A DNA stretch of 64,000 nt from positions 96,844,001 through 96,908,000 of the forward strand of contig OZ024746.1 of the NCBI GenBank assembly GCA_964016885.1, written 5' to 3'. Below, one piece after another: positions 23,973-36,055 of the stretch. The notes beneath the pieces were generated by a model that searched no databases, had not been told where the DNA came from, and was given only the letters and a program-made list of their open reading frames with translations. The position numbers were made by a program, and so were the translations under genes. Position 1 is the stretch's first letter. Every line of letters begins with the position of its first letter. The DNA comes from Eledone cirrhosa. Lineage: Eukaryota.

Positions 23973-25248
23973 ACTAGGAAAGAAAAAAATGTTTACTTTT
24001 ACTTTTTGTTTATTTAGTTATAATTGTAAGTTTTTTCAGAAGAATATTAGTCATTTTGGAAGAATTATTATCATCCTTATAACTAAACACCTAAAGGAAA
24101 GATATGAGATCATTGACAGACTGTCATTGCAACTGATTTGGAACTTAGATACTGATCAGTTTCTAAAGGACTCGGCTTTTTTTCTTTAAATTTTATCAAC
24201 AAGAGAAATTTTGCAAGGTGGTACAAGACCCCTTTTGCTGCCCGAAACAGGCAAAGATTTTGTCTTAAAATGGATATTGTATGGTTGCTTTGGGGCCTTC
24301 TTAGCTCTTGGGCCCCAGAAAAAAGTACCGACTCCCCTTTCATAGGCCCTGTCAACAAGTAGTAAAACAAAATGTGTCTCACCATGATCAGACGAATTGA
24401 GTATAAAGTCTATATACATGTATATATATAAATATACACTCAATTTTGAAGTACCACACAGGTCAATAGAAACTCATCAATAATTAAGCTTAAAATCAGT
24501 TGGAGTGGAACTGTGTAAATGATCAGGACGTAAATGATGCAACAAAAATTTTGACACCAAGAAATAAATGATGAATATAAAGTGAATTTATCAGTTTTTC
24601 TGTGTGATTTTGAATGGCTAAAATGACTCTTTTGCTAGGTGAGTTTCAAGACATGGTCTGAGATCAAGTCACTTGCCAGACAAATACAACTTTGAAAGAA
24701 ATAGATGTTTTCTATAAAGGTTTGATTATATATACTTAGATTCGTGAATGATAGTAAGAAAGATGGTTGGAAGTTATTATTGAGTGTGTTTGATGCCTTA
24801 GTTATATATATATATAAACTGTATAAAATTAAATAACACTGATTTTCCACAAACCCTTTTTGATTTCTGTTTCTGCTTATTTTCCTTTTTTTTTTGTTGC
24901 ATTTATACATTCAACATAGAAAAATACAGATACCTTATTAAAAAAAACTATCCTTCCAGATGCACACAAATCAATTACAAGTTATCATTTTATATTTCAA
25001 TAACAGATGTTTTTGTCAATAGAATTTTGGTGAAAGGAAAAATATGAATACATTTTTGTATAAGAATTGTATTAACCCATTGTATACATGCATAATTACA
25101 TACACACATACAATATATATATATATATGCATGTATATATGCATATACATATATACACGCACACATATATATGTATATATATGTATATATACATATATGT
25201 ATATATTATATATATATACACACATATACACAAAAACACATATTATAT

Positions 25249-25305
<57 letters not shown>

Positions 25306-25454
25306 TATATATACATATATATACATATACATATTCATTTATTATTGCTAAATAGTGTGTCTTGTTACTCTGGCGTTTCACTATTTAGCCATAATAAATG
25401 AATATTTACACTCTACTTCAATATTGAGTACTGTTTTCTCGTCTCTCAACTACA

Positions 25455-25505
<51 letters not shown>

Positions 25506-25858
25506 GTTTCTACTTTTGGCACAAGGCCAGCAATTACCCAGTGCATTACTGGTACTTTATTTTATCGACCTCGTAAGGATGAAAGGCAGAGTCAACCTCG
25601 GCGGGATTTGAACACAGAATGTCAAGGGCCGTAACTCTATGCGTCAAAGCATGGCGTCCGACCTTCTACCGACAATGCCAATCCACCGCCTTATATATTA
25701 TATATATATAAGGAGTTGACGGACCCAGCATATTTATCAATGCCAGGACCGGTTGTATCTCAGCGTACTCAATGGGCAATGTAAGATACATTCCCAGAGT
25801 ATACACATAGTTGTTCGCTTCAATACAACACACGTAGAAGCCATTTCTGTATTAAACT

Positions 25859-25928
<70 letters not shown>

Positions 25929-25944
25929 AGTTTAATACAGAAAT

Positions 25945-25994
25945 GGCTTCTACAGAAATAGATGTTTCATTCAAAAGAAATCATCAGGAAAGCC
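25945..25994 (-). ncRNA. Hammerhead-ribozyme-like motif (type I), Penelope-associated family 1
   Basis: Minus strand GGCTTTC-CTGATGA-TTTCTTTTGAAT-GAAAC-ATCTATTTCT-GTA-GAAGCC; non-canonical U.U at the base of stem II. Confidence 0.5.
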
Positions 25995-26639
25995 AACTGT
26001 CCTTGTAATATGGTGGTATTTATATGTTATCTGGTGGTTGGGGAAGGTGGTGAATTTGGGGATCGGTGGAGGTCATTGGCAAAGGGATTTTAAAGAACAG
26101 GGATTCTTTGAAAAAACTATTTTAGATTTATACACAATACAAGGACACAGATAATAGTGAGGGTCGATATTCACACTCCCATGTGTATATATATACATAT
26201 ATACACACACACACATATACATACCTATATACTCACATATGATTGATACATAGCTAATTTATCTTACTGGGATATTGTATATACACAATAAATCTGGTTA
26301 ATTATATTGTAAGGTTATATTTTCTTATTTCAAAATCTATTGCCTATGATACAACTATTTTTCAACTAATAAATTATAAAGTTTAAACAACATAAAATAT
26401 TATGAACTATGTCTTAGTCCATCTTTCTTTTGTACATCCATATACCAACACTAACATGAATTTGGTACTATAAGGACCTCTGGATTATGTCTTGGCATGT
26501 GTTGAAGTTTGCTAATAATTCCTGTTTTCATCTGAAACTGTGATTAATTGCTTAAACTATTAATCTGTGTCAAAATATATATATAAATATATAAAATAAA
26601 TAAATCAACAACCAGGGTTTAATACATTATTTAATTGAT

Positions 26640-26960
26640 TTACATGCACTTTTTTCAAATACAGAAGGAAGTTGCATTTTGTTCCTTATTGCTTTAGAAG
26701 TAATAGTGTATAAATGTGAAGTTTTAACTTGTCAAATAGAGCCACAGTTAATAAATTTAAAACAAGATTTTATGGTCATATACACTACTTTAAAAATTAA
26801 GTAATTCTACCTCTTCAACTAATCTTATTTGGTCTCTATGAGATGGAGTATTATTAAATCAGCAAAACCATATGGAGGAGGAAGAACTAAATGTAATCTT
26901 TGTTTGACTGAGGCATTAGAAATAATAACTTCTAAGATTAGTCTAGGAATTAAATAATCC
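26640..26960 (+). mobile_element. Relic of a Penelope-like element GIY-YIG endonuclease region
   Basis: Translates to VIVYKCEV ... WSIIKSAKPYGGGRTKCNLCLTEALEII, resembling PLE endonuclease C-termini; interrupted by stops. Confidence 0.65.
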
Positions 26961-27222
26961 CTTCTTGTCCACATAGAACGTTTCACTCTATCTTTTATAA
27001 AATCTTAAAACCTGATTAATTTTACTTTTACTCTTACCTTTATATCATAATTAAGTTTTTCATTTCCTTTCTTCTTAGTGTACAAAATAGTCATCTTGTT
27101 GATATTGTTCACCCTGCCTATACTTTGGACTATTGTCTAATATTTATTCTGATTTCTAAACACGTATATATTTATAAGTGTGTATGTAATTATATATATA
27201 TGTATATATATATATCTATGCA

Positions 27223-27263
<41 letters not shown>

Positions 27264-28235
27264 TATATATGTACTACTATATATTCATATAAAACTAATC
27301 AGTTACTAGATATACCATATACATATTATTGCCCTATTAAAATAATATAATATACATATATGTATGAATGCACAAATGCATCTACTTACATCTACACACA
27401 TATATATGTGGACTTACATATACACGTGTGTATGTGGATGTATGTATTGGCACACATATACCTACACATATGTATGTGTGTGTTTATGTATATATATGTG
27501 TATGTGCACTTACACAGTATTAAACATGACAGTAAAGTTTAGACCAATAGTTCTTAATAATTTGAAACAATACCACTGATTAATACATTATAATTAATTT
27601 AAGCTTCCATATTTTTTTAATATTATTTTCTTAACATACTATCTTGTTAATATTAAAATTGGTCGTAACTTTAATTAATAAGTATTATGAAATTTATAAG
27701 CTCTAATTTTATTTCTATAATATTTATTTGAGTCAATATATGTATATTAAATTTATGAGTCAAACTAACCACTACATAATATTTGTATTAGTAATAAATT
27801 TTAATTTGTGCATTTAATCTTCCATAATTTTAAAAGTTTTCTTGACTATATGTAAAACTTGTTTATGTTTTGAATTTTGTTGTGTTTGGAGACATTCGGA
27901 CACATGGTTGGTAAAAACTCTCTTTTTTGTATTATTTAACGATTCTGAAGATTTCAGTACAAAGGATTAAAATGCTACTTCCTTCTGTATTTGAAAGAAA
28001 TGTGTGTAAATCAATTGATTAAAATATTAAACATTGGTTATTTATTCATGTTATTCATGCTCTGTGAGGTTGTAAAACTACTATGACTGAAAATTTACAA
28101 ATTGGATTAAACTCTGAACTGTCTTTTGCCAGTCTTGCTGTGGATAACAAAATCACATTTGAGCTCTGAACATATATCTCTGCCTTATATAGTGTATCAC
28201 CAACTCATCTATTCTACCTTATATATATATATATT

Positions 28236-28422
28236 TAATATAGAAATGGCTTCTACAGGACTAGAACTGTTTCATTCGGGAGAAATCATCAGGCCTCTTG
28301 ATGATTTCTCCTGAATGAAACAGTTCTAATCCTGTAGAAGCCATTTCTATATTGAATATTTATACTCTGCTATGTATTGAGTACCTTACTTACTGTGGTT
28401 ACCCCCGATTGAACCCGGGATA
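28236..28422 (+). mobile_element. Palindromic double hammerhead-like unit plus tail (PLE pseudo-LTR-like family 1); other copies at 34116-34310, 35131-35330, 36052-36236, partial 60569-60652
   Basis: ~58-bp inverted arms each with (C/T)TGATGA..GAAAC..GTA, then the shared tail atactctgctatgtattgagtaccttacttactgtggttaccccc. Confidence 0.7.
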
Positions 28423-28436
28423 ACCTTATTTTATCT

Positions 28437-28472
<36 letters not shown>

Positions 28473-28494
28473 AGCATGTATGCATGTATGTATG

Positions 28495-29410
28495 TGCACA
28501 CACTGATATCTGACTGTGATCACAGGTACTTCTGCTTACCAGAAATGATGGAAGCTTTAGACAGCCAATAGCTGACCTCTTCGTCAAGGGTGCTGCTTCT
28601 GGAGATAAGGTAGATAAGCTTATCCACAACCTTCAATATTTTCCCTTTGACAGATATCGATGGTGGAATATATTGCATTTCAGATGCAGGCTAGTACATC
28701 GCTACTGACTGATTGTCAGCCCAAACTCATCACATGCTGCTGAGAAGCAGTACATCAGAAGTTGAATGTCTTCTTCTATTTGGCTAATAAGACCACAGTC
28801 ATCTGTATAAAGAAGATAATGTATCAGTGCAATAAATGTTTGTGATGCAGCATGAAACTGATGTATGTTAAAGAGTTTCTCTGTTGTTCAATAAAGTATA
28901 TATTGCTGTTGGTGAATGCTTTTAACAAAAAAGCTGGTAAACAAAGTAGGTGAAGTTCACCATTGACACAAACACATGCCCACATATCATTATGCAAGGG
29001 ATGTATAAGTCCTGTAAACTTCTCAGGGCAGCCTAGCTTGAAGAAAATACTCCAAATGACTTGCCTATTAACGATTTCAAAGGCCTTTGTGAGATCAATA
29101 AAGCAATTCTACAGATAAAGCTGTTTCTCCTTACACTTCTGCATCTGCGACATAGTAACGATCATATCTGCAATGCTCCAATATGGACAGAAACCACTCT
29201 GAGATTCTAGTAAAATTTTAGGTGCAACGTGCATCAGCAGATGATTAAGAAGAATCCTAGAAAAATTTTTACCAACAACTGATAGCAAAGAGATCCTAAG
29301 GTAGCTGTCACAAACATCTTTTGGTTCCTTCTTGAAGAAAGAGATGAGAATGGCAACCCATCAGTTCTATGGGGTTGCATCCTTCAACCACACCCCAGTG
29401 GTATATGTTA
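28495..29410 (-). mobile_element. Heavily decayed RTE/BovB-like LINE RT fragment
   Basis: Minus strand gives ..QMQKCKEKQLYL..FIDLTKAF.. and LGCPEKF..L..LH; many stops. Confidence 0.65.
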
Positions 29411-29580
29411 TGCAATGGTAAACTTACCTGCACACTGTGTGGTATGACATGCAAGTTACTTCTTGGCTTGATGAGTCATATAACGTGACATCATCAACAG
29501 CAGCATCAATAACCCATTTTTGCCAATGTCTGTTTTTTTACTAAGAAGTTGTCATACTCACACACAAGTAGACTTCCACC

Positions 29581-29630
<50 letters not shown>

Positions 29631-29631
<1 letters not shown>

Positions 29632-30025
29632 GGGAATGTAACACCCAGTTACTGTAGGTTCACCAGAGTGAGTAATCGATGTGTAGTTTCCAGTAGGTAT
29701 ATTGGTGTTGTACTACGCAGAGAGTAATAGTAATAATAATTGTTTCTACTTTTGGCACAAGGCCAGCAATTATCCTAGTGTATTACTGGTACTTTATTTT
29801 ATCGGATGAAAGGCAATAATAATAACAATAAAAAGAACAGAGCGTTATATCTTCATTACATTTATTGAGGTGTGACGGAATGTCATTATCATAACAGAAG
29901 TTTGATGAGCGTTTGATTCAAGAGTCAAGCCAGATCAATACAGATCAAGCCTTGAGCTGATCAATTGCGAAACGTGTGTCACACCTAAATAAACATAATG
30001 AAGATCTAACACTTTGTGTTTTTTT
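29631..30025. mobile_element. PLE pseudo-LTR-like family 2 (inverted arrangement; hammerhead-like core at 29902-29980); second copy 60177-60425
   Basis: Shared agggaatgtaac..gttactgtaggttcacc tail; inverted repeats at 29845-29878 and 29977-30010; TTGATGAG..GAAACGTGTGTC. Confidence 0.55.
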
Positions 30026-31050
30026 AATATTATTAATATATATATATATATATATATATATGAGTAAAGATGTCATTAAATAACATATCCCCTTTCCTGT
30101 ACTAATGTTTATGGACTTTTTTTTGCTGACTTTGTCTCATTTATTACTTCTGAAAGATACATCTCTCACTATACACAGTAGTTTAAATATATACATATTT
30201 CTCCTTATGTTCGCATTGTTATTGTTATTATTAAGAAAGCATTATAAAAATAAAAAAATAAAGCATTATTACTGTTATTATTATTATTTATTACCTGGCC
30301 TTGTGCCAAAACAAGAAACAACTATCATTACTTATTATTATTACTATTTGTTCTGTTATATTTATCCTGGTTAATACTGAGTTAATGTGTTGAAACAATT
30401 GTAAAGAATGAAATGCTTTGAGAACTCTTATTTGTTATCTCAATTTGCTATAGGTTTATATTTGATGGCTGCAAACTCTGCAAAGGGTATTGCAATCGCT
30501 TGTCAGCTTATAGAGTTTGGTGCACTTTTAGGCTACGGCCAGCCACACGAACCTGTAACATATCCTGAACAAGCAATGCCTGTGATTTGAAGGTTTTTTT
30601 AAGTGCAGAAAGGCCTTGCACTCGAACAATCCCACTCTCAAAAACACTAGCTGAAAAGGAGAATTGGTCAACATCATTGGATGCTTCTGAAGCCGCAGGT
30701 TTTTTTTCAGATATCCCCTCTGTGTGCGTGTGTATAAAATATAATTCAATAAATTGGTACATAAATATACATATGTGTCTGTGTATATATAAAGGTGTAC
30801 ATGTGTGTATTAATGGGGGAGCAGTCGGTGCTTTTTATATCAATTAACACTTGGAGTTTCATAGGCTCAAGAACATGTTGGTACATGTTAAAACAATCAA
30901 ATAAGATCAATAAGTGGACATCTGATCAATTAGATATATATACTGTTATCAATATCATTATTTTACAGCTGCTTTTCATGACACATCTGAATCAGTTGAT
31001 TTGCAGATACTTGCCAACTTGCACAACTAGACAGGTTGCTGTTCCATATC

Positions 31051-31089
<39 letters not shown>

Positions 31090-31175
31090 CCTTGTTGAGT
31101 GCTTTGCTAACTAATTCATATCGTAGGTCGAATTTGCTTGCACACCGCCAAAGATTTGATTTTACTAAGCCTCCA

Positions 31176-31245
<70 letters not shown>

Positions 31246-31266
31246 TTTATATATGTGTATATATAT

Positions 31267-31315
<49 letters not shown>

Positions 31316-31370
31316 TATATATATACATACACATTAATATATATATATATACACATATATATATATATTT

Positions 31371-31427
<57 letters not shown>

Positions 31428-32509
31428 TATATATATATGTACAACCATATATATATAACCCATGCTAGCATGGAAAAATAGATGTGTAGAAGAGTAGAGT
31501 GGAGTGGATTGGAGTAATGAAGTACAATCAACTTATATGAAGCATGTCACATTAGAATTAATTAACTGTCATAATACAAAAGCACTATATTCTAAAACTT
31601 ATACAGTTCAATTTGTATGTTATTCCTATCGTTTACTTTACAGTCTAAAGTCTAAAGTCTGTCTTAAGCCAGAAGGCTCATTTGGCCGGTCCTTATCCCG
31701 GTTTCATGACAGGATGTGACAGAGAATACAAGACCCCCGCCCATCCTGGGATATGATGCCAGTCCATCGCAGGGTTAAACCTCCAGCTATTGCTGATACT
31801 CCTTTTCAACTGAGTATACTGGAGCAACGTGAAATGATGTGTTTTGCTCAAGAACACAACACGCAGCCCAGCCCAGGAATCAAACCCATGACATTATGAT
31901 TGTAAGTCCAGCCCCCTTACCACTAGGCCACCTGCCTCCACATACTTTACAAAGCTATGAAAATATCAAGGGAATTACACCTCATTATATCAAAATATTA
32001 GTAGAGGGTCGGACTCCATGAATTACAGCATTGAGATACAGTCCTGAATTTAAATCCCACCGAGGTTAACTTTGCTTTCATCCTTACAGGTCGATAAAAT
32101 AAAGCACCAGGGTAACTGCTCGCCTTGTGCCAAAACTAGAAACAATTATATCAAAATATTAAGCATGCAAGCATTCCAGTTGTTCAAAAAATAGAACAGC
32201 CTGCTCATGAAAATAATGTGCAAGTGGCTGAGCATTCCGCTGACACATGTACTCTAAACATAGTTTTCAGTGAGATTCTGTGTGACAATACTGTCCCTTT
32301 GGATTACAGGCACAACTCCTTTTTTCCATCTGAGTGGAATGGAACAATGTGAAATACTCTGTTTTGGTCAAGGGCACATTTCACCACCAGGAATTGAACT
32401 TGTGACCTTACAATTATGAGCCAGCGAAAAAACCTAACCACTAAACCATGCATATAATTTCTTGCAATGAAATATATTTATAGTAAAAAATAAACCCTAA
32501 ATGTATACT

Positions 32510-32925
32510 GTCAGATGTTCGCATGAGAAGTTTCTTTTGTGCCACTCTAGAATCAATGCTGTTGTATAAGTTTACTATTTGGACACTCATGAAAGACCTG
32601 CTGTTACAGGCCATGTTCAATATCTTCTGGAAAAGGTACCTGACCAAACAAAGAGCATATAGCAAACTTATGTCAACCACTGGTGTCATTAGAGGGAGAT
32701 GCATGTGCTTTTCAAGACATTGCTTGAGAGTAAGTTAAGCAGGAATTCATTATTCATATGCTTCTCTGGATAGATGCAAAAACATGGACTGGCTATCTAG
32801 ACTACTCCTTCATCGACCAGCTCCATATAGATAAAGGATGTTGCCTTGCAGACCTACCAAATATTATGCAAGATTGGGGTAGGTGGCCTGATTGACGAGG
32901 ACAAGCTTGACCAGAGGATGACGAT
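32510..32925 (+). mobile_element. Decayed 3' LINE fragment (RTE-like)
   Basis: FFCATLESMLLY..IWTL..NIFW..VIRGR..FSRHCLR resembles the post-RT domain. Confidence 0.55.
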
Positions 32926-33132
32926 AATGAAATTTAAACATATCTTAACTACAAATTATTGTTTTAATTTAATATATTTTCAGTTCTTTTCTATGGTTTA
33001 TAAAACTGATTTTTTTGTGAGAAAATAATACAATATTCATTTAACTATACTGATGTTACTAGGAAAATGAGTATTACAAAATAAAGTAGTATAATTTATA
33101 TGAAGTGTTGTGAGATGTTTCATTAACATTGT

Positions 33133-33349
33133 TTAACCCTTTAGCATTTAAACTGGCCATATCCAGCCAGAATTCTCTGACCTCTCTCTGTTCAAACTGG
33201 CTGTAATTGGCCCCTCATACTGATGTTACTGTATCGTTCTCACAATAAATAATATCAAAATCTCATAGATTCGATATTATGTGAGGTAAAGCCTTTACCT
33301 GTGAAAATATAATAGTAACTATAGAGTAATGTAAATGTTAGAGGGTTAA
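33133..33349 (+). mobile_element. piggyBac-type MITE
   Basis: TTAA-ccctttagcattta ... taaatgttagaggg-TTAA; similar to 23744-23972. Confidence 0.75.
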
Positions 33350-33975
33350 GGAAAGCTAGTAGTACAATAACAGAATTAAAGGAGGGAAAACAGGAGCAAA
33401 GTAAGGCAAAATATGACAGATTATACTTTTACCTGATAGGTGATTAAGAGCACATTTATCTGCACAAAGAACCTTGGATCTCCACTGCCATCACATTACA
33501 CTTTCTTTTCCTTTTAAATAAGTGTTTTAATCACAAAGTATTATGAAATATGAGGTAAAAGTATAGATTGTTGTTGTTTTAACTTATTTTATTTCCTTTT
33601 TAACTCTTGATATTTATAACTTGTAGTGGCTTTCCGAAAATTTTATATAAATTTTGGGAATTTGTGTAAAAAAAATGTAACAATATTTTGATAATCGTTA
33701 ATCTAATTGCTGCCAAATCTAATATATATTTATTAGGTAATTGTTTTAATTCTAAATAGTTAAATCCTTCAAATTAAATTTCATTAAAAATACAATTAAA
33801 ATTGATAAACATCTTTAGAGATTCTACATTGCTTATTGAATTGTTAAAAAAGTTAGTTAAAAAAATGCAATTGCCAATAACTGTATATGGGTAGTGTATG
33901 TACGTATGTATGTATATGTGTATGAATATATATATATGTGTGTGTGTATACATGTATGTGTGTATGTGTGTGTGC

Positions 33976-34006
<31 letters not shown>

Positions 34007-34446
34007 CATAATACACACTACATAGACACACACATACACAAACATATATACTTTTAAATATACATATAAATTTATTTATACATATATATATATATACATA
34101 TATAAAAATATTTGATATAGAAATGGCTTTTACAGGATTAGAACTGTTTCATTCAACAGAAATCACCTAGAAAACATTCCTTGTAATTTCTTTTGAATGA
34201 AACAGTTCTAGTCCTGAAGAAGCTATTTCTATATTAAATGTGATGTTTACACTTTACTAATGTATTGAGTACCTTACTTACTGGTGTTACTCCCAATTGA
34301 ACCAGGACTTATATATACATATATATATATCATAAAACTAGATCAAAATTATATTATTTCAATCATATAATACAATATCGTATATATATATATAAATATA
34401 TAAATATATATATATATATATACACAGGTATATATATATATATACC

Positions 34447-34503
<57 letters not shown>

Positions 34504-34507
<4 letters not shown>

Positions 34508-34926
34508 ATACTTTGGGAGGGTCATGTTGCCAATAAGAAACACACGCACCAGTTGCTTTCACTTCAATTTATTATATATTTATAAATTTATAAATTTACA
34601 AACACACACAGACACCCGGATGTGGCGCATGCGCAAACTGAGCACACAACACACACACAGAAACAAAATGGCGTAGGATAGAAGAAAGGAAAGGTACAGA
34701 AACAAAGAAAGGAATCCCCAGTCACTGAAGAGGTCACAGAGTGTGTGACGAAAGGACTATGACTATATATAAACAACTATCTGGTTGTGGAACCAACCAA
34801 CCAACCAGAAATTTATAAGTTTGTAGATTTGTAAATTTATAAATTTATAAATATATAATAAATTGAAGTGAAAGCAACTGGTGCGTGTGTTTCTTATTGG
34901 CAACATGACCCTCCCAAAGTATAACA
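34504..34926. mobile_element. Complete MITE with ~100-bp TIRs, TGT...ACA termini and ATAT flanks (Ginger-like)
   Basis: tgttatactttgggagggtcatgttgccaataagaaacac... mirrored at the right end; atat on both sides. Confidence 0.8.
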
Positions 34927-34984
34927 ATATCGGTTTCAACACACGATTTCAGATAAAGAACCTTGCTAAACAAATTCAGAAACG

Positions 34985-35089
<105 letters not shown>

Positions 35090-35328
35090 CACAGACATAT
35101 ATATATATACCTACATATATATATATATTTTAATATAGAAGAGCTTCTACAGGACTAGAATTGTTTCATTCGTGAGAAATCATCAGGAACATTACTGGTT
35201 GCTGATAATTTCTCCTGAATGAAACAGTTCTAGTCCTGTAGAAGCTTTTCTATATTAAAACATTTATACTCTGCTATGTATTGAGTACCTTACTTACTGT
35301 GGTTACCCCCCGATTCAACCTGGAATAA

Positions 35329-35367
<39 letters not shown>

Positions 35368-35656
35368 GGCCAGTTTGCAGAAACATGATATACAATTGTA
35401 AAATATATATATATATATATATTCAATTTAACATTTCTATGGTTAACATTTCTTTTGATTCAGTTTATCTACATAATATAAAGCTCTAAATCTTTATTTA
35501 TTGAGCATTCTTGTAGACTCCTGTGTCAGAATGTATCACTTAATATACTTTGAAATATAGTACACACATATATATACACATACATACATATATATATATA
35601 TATACATATATATATACATGTTTTTGTGTGTGTGTGTATGTGTATCAATATATATG

Positions 35657-35691
<35 letters not shown>

Positions 35692-35697
<6 letters not shown>

Positions 35698-35957
35698 AAA
35701 TGAAATCGAAAATGCAACTGGAGTCTTATTCAAAAAAAAATATATATATGTATTTGGTTCCTTTACCGGTTTCGCAGTTCTTTTGCTTTTCAAAAGTAAA
35801 GTTGAGATGGAGGGTCTGTGGTTTTTCCCACAGACCCTCCATCTCAACTTTACTTTTGAAAAGCAAAAGAACTGCGAAACCGGTAAAGGAACCAAATACA
35901 TATATATATTTTTTTTTGAATAAGACTCCAGTTGCATTTTCGATTTCATTTTTTTTT
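35692..35957. repeat. Perfect inverted repeat, 130-bp arms, 6-nt spacer
   Basis: Arms 35692-35821 and 35828-35957, spacer tttttc; the ORF track shows identical N-termini on both strands. Confidence 0.95.
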
Positions 35958-36019
35958 CTTTATACTTTCACTCGTGTAGGACACCTCGGTTATTTTTCAT
36001 TTTGTAAAACAAACCTCAC

Positions 36020-36055
<36 letters not shown>

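Noticed and set aside
30508-30762. Minus-strand ORFs as further agrin exons
   Set aside because: Agrin-like frame already ends at 37583 with a complete LamG C-terminus; no domain similarity
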